Shown: positions 25,283 to 36,931 of the stretch, in pieces
Layout: every line of letters starts with the position of its first letter
Numbering within the stretch: the stretch's first letter is position 1
NCBI GenBank assembly: GCA_951804945.1
Contig: OX638159.1
Span: 24,676,001 to 24,740,000 of the forward strand
From: Podarcis cretensis
Taxonomy: Eukaryota
Length of the DNA stretch: 64,000 bases
Direction of reading: 5' to 3'
Made by a program: the position numbers and the translations under genes
The notes under the pieces: generated by a model
The model's input: only the letters and a program-made list of their open reading frames with translations
Told to the model about the DNA's origin: nothing
Database searches by the model: none

Positions 25283-25585
25283 GTGCGTCTGCTTCTCTTC
25301 CCTTCTTTCTCTCTGCATAGTTTGCATGGTAAAATGACTCTGCTTTTACTCATTTCCCGCAATGCTAATATTGCTTATGGTGTTTCTCATTTGCTAGCAC
25401 TAGTATTCTTGTCCAATGGATGGGAGGCAAAGTATGCTTTTTCCATGACAAATTATTTACTCAAACATGGCATCCCAATTTTTTTAAAAATAGCAGTTCC
25501 TCTGTCCCCATTCCCACCCCATTTTTGCAGTAAGTTGCCGCAGCACCACAGTATCCATTCAGGACATAAATAATTAAGAGAGGAA

Positions 25586-25586
<1 letters not shown>

Positions 25587-25620
<34 letters not shown>
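25587..25620. repeat. (TG)17 microsatellite
   Basis: Read directly from sequence. Confidence 0.97.
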
Positions 25621-25623
<3 letters not shown>

Positions 25624-27031
25624 TTATATACTTTTGATATTGTTTATATGTTTACACATCTATGTATTTAGAAGCATTTAAACCAGTGGTTTCCCTGCCC
25701 ACAACAAGCAATTGACCATAACATCATTGATAGGTCAGTTGTCCAATGGGTGGACAGAATCTTATAAATTTAATAAAGCTACCTTTCCAAAAGTGTCACG
25801 TTTTGATCTATATGGTAGAACAAGTATGCAATAAGTTCTACTGCTTAAAATCAAAATTATTTCAGGCTTTAAAATGAGAACAATGGCTGAATATCATTCT
25901 GTACCTTTAAACCAATAGCATATGTGAAAGACTTGTCTACAAGTGTTCATAAAGATCCTTGTGCAAATGAGTATTACTATTCAGGCTGATCTTGATGGGA
26001 ATATGTCTGTGTGCTTTAAAAGACTTCCTGCAGTACAAATGCTTTCATAAATATGAATAAGATATACATACACTTGGAAGTTTTGCTCTGTAAATTTAGA
26101 GTGCAATCTTGTTAATTAAATGCTTTTAAATTTCTTTGATTCAATGGGATTGAGTTAAGCCTAAACAGAACTGTCCCCATTGAAACCAATGTACATAATT
26201 ATAGCTGGAGCTCATTAAAATATGCATCTCTATAGATGTTTTATGTGTGCATGGATTTATATATGCACTCTGCCAACTAAATATATGTAAACTCTTTTTT
26301 TAAAAATAATTACTTGCAAACACATTTTTTTGCAATCCCATCTGTAAGAAGTTACCTCAACACTATTTTTTTCAGTTCTGTTTTTATAGTGAAAATATTA
26401 AAGAACTTTTGAAAGCTAAACTGTCTACTGAACATGAACGTGCCTGTGGACATTGCTTTTACATGAGATATTTTAATCATCATCCATTAAATACAGAATC
26501 TTTGAGCCTATATGGCTAGTTGATAATTGTATTTGTATTCTAGGCTGTGGGGTGGAAAATTTATTCTACCATACTTGAGTATACTCTTGCCCTGTAAAAG
26601 AAACATAGTCTTATCCTAAGGAACTAGGAAGTTTTATTAGTCCCTATCACAGATAGTTAATGAAGAGCCAACTGTTTGCAAGGGACAACTATTTTGTGCT
26701 ATATGTTCTATTACTGATTTGTCTCTAAGAGCCAGTGCAGATATAACACACCGGTCACTTAATCATTGTTAAGAGATTAGAAGTGGCCCATGGAATTGCA
26801 CATTTCTCCTTCCAGCCATTGCTCCTTGCATGTGATTCTCTGTTGTTGTTTTGCCACAGTTGATGCTAACTAGGACATCTCTTAACCATGGTCTGCTAAG
26901 CAGCTTCTCCATGTTTAAATCTGATGCTGAAGTCAGCTTTAACTGTGATTAAAGAAGAAAATGGATTTTATACACAAGGAGGAGCTTGGAAAGGCTTAGG
27001 TCTGCATTGACTCAAGCACACAAACAGCTCT

Positions 27032-27050
27032 ATAGTGACACCTAGTAGCA
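27032..27050 (-). promoter_or_regulatory. Candidate CTCF site
   Basis: Minus strand TGCTACTAGGTGTCACTAT resembles the CCACYAGRKGGCRCTA consensus with two deviations. Confidence 0.4.
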
Positions 27051-30000
27051 GAACACAAGCATTGCAACAGAACTTATCAAAAATCACATTCTTTTGAAAG
27101 ATGGCTTTATATATTTCCCAAAAACCTCAAAGGAAAAACAATAATATAATACCCACATGTCACATTCCTAAATTATTTTAGTTAGTAGCTGAAAAGCATA
27201 TTTGCTGCTGCTCTGCAGTTTGTTAAATTTCCTTTTAAGCTCTGCCCCCTCAAATTACAACGTAGCGAGCTATGTTCAGTCTGATCAACATATCTACAAA
27301 TTATGTATCATTTATACAAGCTACCACAAGCCTTGATTGGTAGCAAGCATTAGGTGCTACAAACCATGTCCTACTACGACACCACAGTGATGTACACATA
27401 CATTTATCAGTATTGAAACAAATATATAACTTTTCATTCACCCCTTTTTAAAAAGATAATATCTTTCATTTTCACTTGGGAGTGCATTTTAAGGCTCCAA
27501 ATTATTCATTGACTCTGGATATCTAACTGCCACACACCTGACATCACATATGATGTCAGTTGTGTGGCAAGTGGGCATGGGTTAGGGAAAACAGCCTCAC
27601 AGGCCAAATTGGGGCACATGACAGACCTAATTTTGCCTAGAGGCCAATGGTTCTCTACCCCTGTGCTAGCAGAGAGTAGAAATCCAGTGTGTGTGTGGGA
27701 GGGGACTTTTCAGTTATCTCAATGACTTCAGAGAGAAGAATGAGAGAATCAAGCTCCACCCTCCATTATCTGAGCCTTGTTTTTAATCTGAGTTCTCTAC
27801 ACTTTCCATTTTTTCTTAACAGTTTTAGAGTAGCTGAACATGCATTTATCTATCCCTTCAACTTTTGAATATGAGCTAATCCATTGTGAACAATAGGTAG
27901 AACCTGAAAGCTTCATTACCACCTCATTCACTCACCAGAGGAGATAGGACCCCTTGTCATCATTATCCTGACAAATTTTCCAAAGTCTGTTTATCAATTC
28001 AGAGTAATTATAGTGCATTTAGCTCCTGACACAGGACACAGGTGACATTGGTTTTCATCACGCTGGTATATCAGGGTGTTGCTGTTGTTTCACTCTTACA
28101 TCCAAAACCTTTGTGTTGGCCGGCTACTGTCCACCTTATATTTAGAGCATTTATTTAAAAAGACTACTACTTGCACTCACAAATGAGAATTTAAATACGT
28201 TTAAAAATGCTTTTATCCTGTTTTAGATGTCATTTTTCCCTAATGGAAATGCCTTGGACTGGAATTTATCAACTGTTCGAAACTTAAGCACATAGGCGGC
28301 CTCAGATGTACTATGGCAGCTGCTCAATTGCAAGGCATTCTGATTAAGATACTACGTTAGACACAAATGTGTTATAGCAAAGCAAAATCAAACCAGTTCC
28401 AACACACACTTCTCAGTATCGATAAAGGCAAAGTTCAGTTTCCATAAAAGTCTAGAGCAGTTGCGTATCATTGTCAGCTTTATCAGTGAGAATGTTCCTC
28501 TTCTGAGCATGAAGATCCTAAAATGCCCAGGAATCTGTTTTGCAGAAGAGCAGCGAAACCATGTTAATGAGTCATTAGCGTGTGATATCTAAACACAATG
28601 CAAAATATTGGTAGAGTGAAGAAGAGTAGGTGGTGCAGGGAGACGCCTAAGTGGAAAGCACATTTACGCTGACGCAGAGGATTCTTTTGCATGAGAAATT
28701 TTTCATACAATCAAAGCCTTCCTCCCACCTTTGATGACAAGGTAGCTCCACCTCTGCATCCCTGTTGCCGGTATAGGGCAACAACAACTTTGAAGTTAAT
28801 GGAGAAGCCACATTGCAGCATGTACAGAGATCTGGAGCAGGGCCAGCTCCCATCCACAGAGCATATTCACAAGATTGCCTGAGAAAATATTTGATAGTAA
28901 TTCCCAGCTCACTAACAGTTTGCTGTTAACATGCTGCTTCATTAACAGGGACAGTCCCACTGAGTTTTGTTGCATGCTGTCTAAACTGTGTACTAACGTG
29001 CTAGTATTGTAGTGTACGTGTCTGGTATGTGTGCTCTCCTTTTGTCTTTTACGTGTGGGGTGGGGACAAAGGCAGTTGCCCAGCAGTCAAATTTGTTATT
29101 TTATTTTCCCCCCACCTTTCCTCCAAAGTAACTTAAACAAAAATTAGTTAAAATCAACCCATTCCAATTAAAATAAGATTTAAAATGAATAAATAAAAGT
29201 AAGAGCAGCAGCCAATTTAATAACATCAACCAGTAATTGTATACAGCAATCTTCCAGGAATTTAATGCCAACTGAAACTTTGGCAACTGAAATTTTATTG
29301 CACCCAAAAAGTAACATTGTATGGGTTTGAAATGAGTCTAAAAAGCTGGCAGCCACCCATCTGACTTCCAAAGTTGGTTGTTCCCACAGTAATAGATGTT
29401 ACTTGGGTAACCACCTTGTTTACCTACCCATCATTGCTTAATAATTGGAAGTACGGTATATCTAATTTATGGTTCCATACATTTTCTACAATATCAAAAA
29501 TAAGGAGGAAACTGAATAGTTGAAACTTATAATTCACAAAGTAAACATTTTAAATTATATTTCTAGGGCAGTAATTTCAGAGAGGGTCTACACCAGCAGT
29601 TTAGTCAACAATAACATGCTACCATTGTGTTTAAATTCATGATTTATCTCTGTTTAGCTCTCTAATAAACCATTAAGGCAAGATGGGCAACTTGACTTCA
29701 TTCTGCCTCCTAAAATGTAGGATGTGGCAGTGCATTGAAGAAGACATCATCAGCTCTCATTCTCTAATGTGAATTAGTACTTCTAGGTGCTAGGGGTTTC
29801 TTGGAGAAGCTTTGAAGCAGAGAATATTAGTGAGCCCATACAATATTAAAAATGTGAGGGCCCCAATAAGACCCCATAAAAGAACATAAGGACCAGTATA
29901 TTTAAAAGTGATCCCATATGAGTCTGCCCATTCATTAAGGTTACCTGGAGAAAAACTATTCCCCATCCATCCCAAATCTATGTTTTATTTAGCCAGCATG

Positions 30001-31056
30001 CAAGAGAGAACCTTCAAGATGGCATTTCTGAGGTTCTGATACTCTCTAGCAAGAGTGAATCTGCCTCTTTTCTGCTACCAGTGGGCGAAGACCTCTCTTG
30101 CAGCTGTCATTTGACCCACTAAGTTTTTAGTTGTTGTTTTTTAATATTCCCATTGTGGTTTTTGTAAATTGTTCTTAATCTTCCCATTGTGGTTATTTGT
30201 AAATTGTTTCATCTGCCATTCTTATCTTTGTCTTTTACCTGCCGTTAATTTTGTATTTTATTATGTTTCTATTGTCCTGTTTTCATCTTTTTTAAAACAG
30301 AAAAGCAGGGCTTAAATGTTCGTGATACATCAATAAATAAACTCATGCATTCAGGATCTGTTTTATGACTAAAGTGAGATTTTAAGCATTGGAGTTGAAA
30401 CTAGTGCCTTGCTTTTGTTAGCTTAATTCAGATGAATCAACAAATGAATGCACGTTGAGTTTTTAAGTAACTTATGGGCCAGTTCTGAATGTGTTAAGTA
30501 TTTGGGGAAAAAATTAAGAATTCTTCTACCATACTGGGGATTTTACTCAGAGATGCAAGTTCATTAAACTTGCTTTAAAAATTTAGCCTGAAGTATCATA
30601 TACAGTATAGAGAGTGTTTCAAATCTGAACATTTTTCTGACACCATAAACTGATCCAACTAGTATGTCTGACATATTCAATAAAAATTAACATGACTAAT
30701 ATTTTCTCTGTTAAGAATAGCTGATATGTACCCTGAAATTGCATCTGAATTTTTGTGATATCATTGAGATGTGTTCAAAAGAGAAATAGAATATTCTGTT
30801 TCACCACTAATAGGTATTGGCTTTCTCAAAAGTTTTAATGTTGGTTATTTTTCATTAGCTGTAATTCACCAAAAATTGTATTAATTCCATTCTGGTATTC
30901 AGGAAAAATCAGTAGTGAAGGTTTTTATCAGCCCTTTAACATTTTCCATTGCATATAGTGACCCTGATAATGTCAGTATCACTGTCCAAATATTTGACAA
31001 TTAAAGCTATGTTTGTCAGTGAAAACCCAATTTGATTTTTTAGACCCACTGAGCTT

Positions 31057-31058
<2 letters not shown>

Positions 31059-31105
<47 letters not shown>

Positions 31106-31216
31106 TTATTTATACCCCCATCTGGCTGGGTTTGCCAGCCACTCTGGGCAGCTCCCAGCAAAATAATAAAAACACAATAAAACATCAAACTTCACTAACC
31201 AGGGCTGCCTTCAGGT
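31059..31216 (-). mobile_element. L2-clade LINE extreme 3' end with (AAT)14 tail
   Basis: Same 3'UTR as 57718-58070 (atacccc..catctggctgggttt.ccagccactctgggcagc...cagggctgccttcag). Confidence 0.85.
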
Positions 31217-31475
31217 GTTGAATAACTTAAAGACAGTGTTGTTAATCGAAAGCTTTTCAAATAGGCATGCTATGATTCTGGAAAAACAAATTTGCTCATA
31301 ACTATTTAGCATCAGTAGTTTTAGAATTAGAATCACAACTCCATTAGAGTTAATATTACAAACCACAAATTCAGTACACTTAAAAGTCGCACACACAACT
31401 GCATCCTTTACAGGCCTTTTCTGTTTTTAGTTCTTTTCTATATGAATACTTACAGGGTTAAAAGCTTCAGTGCAA

Positions 31476-31745
31476 ATAGAAGCTAACTTAGTATAAGTCA
31501 GTCTTGCTCAGTATCATCTACACCAGCTTTTCCCAACCTTGGCTCCCCAATCTTTGGTCCTGCTAGCTATGGATGATGGAAGTTTAAGTCCAACAACATC
31601 TGGGGACCCAAGGTTGGAAGAGGCTGGTCTATACCAAATGGCAACAACTGTCCAGGATTTTAGACAGAAGTCTTTTCTAGTCCTACCTGGATTGAACCTG
31701 GGACATAAGCCATGCAAAGCCACAAGCTCAGCCACTGCGCTATGA
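31476..31745 (-). mobile_element. Degenerate tRNA-head SINE with CR1-like tail, split by the MITE
   Basis: Reverse complement of the head ...gattgaacctgggac...tgcaaagc...ctcagccactgcgctatg. Tail piece lies left of the MITE. Confidence 0.6.
31524..31626. mobile_element. hAT MITE (same family, internally deleted) nested in a tRNA-SINE
   Basis: cagcttttcccaaccttgg...cccaaggttggaagaggctg, with diverged 8-bp TSD atctacac/gtctatac. Confidence 0.75.
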
Positions 31746-32297
31746 CACGTGGATATTTTCACATAGGCCACCTGACTTGTTCCACTATTGTGGTACTTAG
31801 GATTTCTCTAACATGCACCAATAGTTATGCACTTCCCATCTCCTGAGCTTTTTAAAGGGTAAAACTAACAGAATTGTCATCTCCACACAATAAGCCTAGC
31901 CTTCCAATAAAATGCAGTCTACTAATTGTGCCGTGGAGAACAAGTGTTGTATGAATGGTAACATACAGTTGAAGCACATGCTGATTTGGGGGTAATGCAA
32001 CTGGGACAGAGATATTAATGCACAAGGAATTGAACACATGCCCGGTATTTCAGCTAGCAGCTTTTTGCTCGCATTGATTGATGTATATATAGAGAGAGAT
32101 AGAGAGAGAAAAATGTATGCTGAATGTGCATCACATGTGTCTAAATGATGGGGTGTTGTGGTTTTAAAAGCCCCACACAGTACAAAATCTGATTTTCTGT
32201 ATTGTACTGAAATGCTGGAGCTGTAATCTCGAGGCTCATTAAAGATGCAATGCTTCATTAGAATTTGTGTGTTCTCTCCCCCCCCCCATTTGAACAG

Positions 32298-32419
32298 ATG
32301 ATACCGTACATGAGTCTGCTGAGCCGTCCCGTGGTGAGAACGCAGCACAGAGACCGAGGATATCCAGTCGGCTTTTGGCAACCCTCCTGTTCCTCCTGGC
32401 AATGCTTTTGACGTTATAG
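32298..32419 (+). CDS. EFNA5: Ephrin-A5 terminal coding exon (GPI-anchor signal; predicted omega-site Asn codon 32339-32341)
   Basis: ttctctccccccccccatttgaacAG acceptor. Phase-1 translation DTVHESAEPSRGENAAQRPRISSRLLATLLFLLAMLLTL-TAG versus recalled human DTVHESAEPSRGENAAQTPRIPSRLLAILLFLLAMLLTL. Confidence 0.98.
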
Positions 32420-35400
32420 CACATATTATAGTAATCTGTCACAGACAACATCAGGGTCTTGGAACATCAAAGATCCGCTTAATTGCTCATCCCAAGAACG
32501 GGACATTATATTGGTTTTGCTGATGTTGGTTTGTTTCCCTTCCCCAGTCTCCTCCCCTTCTTCCTCTGCAACCTGAACTGTGAGCAAAAATTGAAGAGGC
32601 ATAACTAGCCCTCTTGCCACTCCCTATCTTCCCCGTGGCTTTCCTTGACCCCTTCTAAAATAAAAGGACTCCAAATGAAAATGCCAAATTTCAATATTGA
32701 CACTAGTGATTCTTACGTTCTCTGCAGCCTCTCTTAAGATACCGCCTCGGTTAGCTCTCTGGGCCCACCAGTATGTGGAGAAGGAAGAATAGTAGCAGCA
32801 GGTGCAGTCATTTGGAAGATAAGGAACTTGTTTGGAAAACCAAGAGGAGTCTTTACTCACTCCGATACAATATTTATGTCTCCTCGTTGAGCGCTGTAAG
32901 ACGATCATGCAAGGCACTGTATCACCATGTCAGGACTGGAGGGGAGATACTGAGAACAGATATAGCGTAACGCCATTCCCTCCAGGAATTTATCAATGAA
33001 CAGGCTTTTCATAGGGAAGAGATTCTGTTTTGTATGCAACTGCCTTGAAAGATCATTCACAGTAGAACTTACGCTCCACAACAGACACTCTTGTCATCAG
33101 GGGAGAAGAAAGTGGCTACTGAGGAATGCTAGCACACAAGCAAGGTCAGATAGAGGAAGCTTCGCTGGGGTGTGAGTGCCTCTGGTATCTCTCTAAGTGG
33201 ATAGTGCACACCAGATTATTTTTCTTTTGAAACAGATCACCATGGTGCTACAATAATTTTTCTTCAAATGCAAAGAGGCATTTTCTGTTCCTTTTTCTTC
33301 TTCTTTGTGTGAATAAAGTGACCTTTCCCAAGGCTGATTTACTAGCCGGTAGCCTTCGATACCACTCTTTAAGTGATGATACATGCTAGGATGATAGCAG
33401 CACCGGGTGGAGAAAACATGGTCAGAGATCTCCAGGGTGCTCATGATTTGCCTCCCTTTGAAAGTTTGACAACCACTGGAGTAAACTCCTGCCAGAAAGG
33501 GACCAGGATACTTGTCATAGAGGGCTGTGGGATAGGGAGAAGGAAAAGGTTAGGAAGAGCGTGTTGAACTCTGGAGTGAACGTTGAGGCATTGGTTTTGT
33601 AGCTCTCTTCCATTCCAACACAGTTGAAAAGTGGAAGAAATACTTTTATCAGCAGGAGGATGCGTAGGTGGACTCCCAAAGACCTTGAACTAAATATTTT
33701 TTTGAAAACCCACTAGAATAGAAAATGCATTATTTAGATATACCAAGTAATTATATATGCTTGTCCTATTTAAAGATGATAAAAGTGGTAAGAGGATTAT
33801 GGGGTGCTGTCTTGTTTGGTTGGAATCAGGGCTGAACCCTTAGGCACCTGAAAACTACTTTGTTAGGGACTAATAAAAACCATTTACCAGGAAATGCCTT
33901 CCTTGTGGGTTTCCATTGGCTTAGGCAGGCGTTGACTTGCAGGAGATTGAATAGACATCATGGAAGTGATTGTTTTAGAAAGTTGACTTTTACCGCAAAC
34001 TCTTGAGAACAAAGCCTTACAAGAATACGCTAAATTCCGCAGGACAACAAAAAGTGTAATTTAATACTAAATCATGATGCAAATGGATAGCATTTTGTGA
34101 ATGTTTTTTGTTTGTTTGTTTGTTTAAGAGAGGAAAGCAGGATTTTTTAAAAAAAAAAAAGTTGAAGGATTTCACGATCCAAAAATAGCAGAAAGTAAAT
34201 TTAGAGCACTCTGGGCTTGCCTGATACCATACAGTATGGGCTGTGTTTGAAAGCACAGAGACGTCTAATACCGCACACTAACAGCCTATGTGGAGAGATG
34301 GCACTGTCCTTACATTAAATAAATCTTCTCTCTTCAGTATAATGCACTTGGTGCACATATATCTCAGAAATGGCAGTGCACAGGTAGCTAGCAAGTAATG
34401 ACCTTGGAAATAGTGAAAAAAGTCATGGCTGTGGAGCACACCACTTAATGTCCCTGAGATGGTTCCATGTCAACTGCAAACATGAGTTTATGTCCTAACA
34501 ATGACTATAGCTGTTTTCCATAATTCATCTATAAATAATGAAAAACTGGACTCACTTCTGTCTCGAGAGCACGCTTTTTTTTAGCAACACGAAGTTTTCA
34601 CCACAGTGAATTCAGCCCTTTGCTTTGCCACAGAGCACTGCTAACCTAACAAATAAAGGCGGCACTGCCTTACAGCAAAAGTCGCTGGCAACTGCTCAAC
34701 ATCCAGCACAATCCTTGTGGGCAGTAATTTTGCAGGACCTCTGCTTTGGATACTTAATGGCATCAGGCAATCTCAATCATGCCAAATGAGCAACATCTAA
34801 AGGTTTTTTGAATCTCTCTGGTGTGTGCATGCGTGTCGTTTCGACATCTTGAAAAAGATGCCAGTGTGGAAGTTTACAGCAGCCTTTGTCCCCCGGCGTG
34901 AAGTCCGAAGAGCCAAATTCCGCTACGGCAGCCCCTGAGCCCAGGCAAGTGTGCCCTATGCCACCCCTCCCAGTTTGCCCGAGGGCTTTGCAAAGGGTAG
35001 CGGGGAAATAAGGATTGATCTGTTTGGTGGATACTGTGTATCCTTTAATAGACGACAAGGTAACATTTCGTGTTAGTTTAGAAATAATTGTTTTGTACTG
35101 TACTTTCTTGGATGGCAAAGGAAAGACGAGTTAAAACAAACAAAATGCTTTGTTCTTTAAATTCTGTATTATTAGCAGCCTCTGTTGTATATAGTGTTTG
35201 ATAATAAAGTATTAATTTGATTCTTATGTCTTTTGTAAGTGAGAAAATAGACTTTCATGATATTAAAAATTAAATAAAAGAAACGCACCCCCACTGATCA
35301 TATGACAGAAGCATTCACTGTGGCGACTGAGAACCAAAAGGCAAGTAGTCGCAACAAGTCACCATTCAGAACTCACCCATGAAACCCATGCACCCAGACG

Positions 35401-36500
35401 CTCAAGATTTCACGATGTCAAGACTTGGAGCCGTGCGACATTTGTTGCTTGATATTTTGTCCTCAGTGTTAATGTCCTGACGTTGGAGCCCTGTGATGTT
35501 TAGGCTTAACCTTCCCCTTTGGGGTTGAGTTAGCATGTTGGTTCTCAATGGCTTTGGGATTCTTACTCTTTATTTCTTGTGAGGATGGTTTTCCTTCTGA
35601 TTCTTTGTCTTTAAAAAAAAATTCTTTTCATGGATGGTTTGTTTCAAAAGGGGCCTTGTCAGCATCACATGTGATGTTTTAGTGACTGGCGTGCCCTCAC
35701 ACCAAAAAAAAAAGCCAACAAATTTGAGAGGGGCCATATGTAAATAATATTCTTTCCTGTATAACCACTGCTGAGGGAAAGAAACAGTAGCTGTTGAGGG
35801 AATGTGTTTGGTTGTTTGTTTTTTGTTTTTTTAAAAAACTGATATTTATCAATTGCTTTATCAAAGCAGCGGCTGTGTCAGTTTTGAAAAATATGGAACT
35901 CATTCATACTGCCGTCAGATTATGTGTATTCATCAGTCTTACTTCCCAAATGCCCTGCATCAGATGTGTTCTTTTTCCTCCCCATTCCGTAACCCTGGCA
36001 AGTTTCTTTTTTATATATATCTCCCCCCACCCACCCTGTTTAAAATTTGGAGCAGTGAATGGGCAGATCTGTTTCTGATTTGGCATTACCAAGTTTTTCC
36101 CATGCATTCACCCCTGAGTTTTTCAGATGTGAGACAAATCTCCCTACAATAGACTTGCTGCCATTGTCTGTACAGTTTAATAGATGCTGGCATGTTGGAG
36201 GTTACCCATGAGTCTACAAAATCCGCTTTCCATACTTACTCTTGACACCCTATTGAAGCCACTCATTGTGTGTCCTTCTGGGTATGAAAGTCCAGCTCAG
36301 TGTGGTCCTGTGCTTGTACTGCCCTGCTTTTGCAGTTTCTTTGCACTTATTCATTGAGTGCTGTTCTTGAAATGCTTACATTATATGAACTTAACAGAAA
36401 TTGTAAAAACGAAACAAACAAACCCATAAGATCTGTATTTGTATATACACGTGTCCGTACAATTATATCTGAATAAAAAAAATTAAAGATTTTCATCATT
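32420..36500 (+). other. EFNA5: EFNA5 long 3'UTR (~4.1 kb)
   Basis: No recognisable interspersed repeats from the stop codon to ~36800. AU-rich motifs throughout. Ends with AATAAA (36472-36477) and ATTAAA (36482-36487) followed by a U/GU-rich tract. Mammalian EFNA5 also has a multi-kb 3'UTR. Confidence 0.8.
36472..36487 (+). terminator. Distal polyadenylation signal(s) of EFNA5
   Basis: AATAAA plus ATTAAA, upstream UGUA motifs (~36434-36443), downstream T-rich ttttgtttg. Confidence 0.7.
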
Positions 36501-36807
36501 TTAATGGATTCTTTCAGGCTATATTTTTGTTTGCTGAGTGACATCTTTGTTTCAGGGCCAGCTGTCCTCCATCCTATAAATGTTTTCGGGCAGCGGAAAG
36601 CTGCAAGGAATATAGCACTTCACAGTTGTGAAACAGTTGCAATGCAATTTCTGCTTGGGCTAAATGGCTGCAGCCATAGCTGCCAGGATCCGGCCAGATC
36701 TGTACCTTGGCTACTGTCACATTCTCTGCTCTTCCCTCCCACTTCCAATCCAGTCATCTGTTTAATTATAAACTTTCTGGTTGTACAATGCATACTAGTG
36801 TCTAGGT

Positions 36808-36931
36808 CATGGGGGAGGCTCATCAGATGTTGCTGGACTCAACTCCCATCAACTTGGACCACTGGCCATGCTAGCTGGAACTGATGGGGCAGACTAACAA
36901 CATCTGGAAAATCATAGGTTCCCCACTCCTG
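36808..36931. mobile_element. Degenerate hAT-type palindromic MITE
   Basis: cagatgttgctggactcaactcccatc...gatggggc...aacaacatctgg...ggttccccactcctg. Confidence 0.7.

Noticed and set aside
31896-32402. 168-aa antisense ORF overlapping the EFNA5 last exon
   Set aside because: Shadow ORF running from coding sequence into intronic low-complexity sequence, with no recognisable homology.
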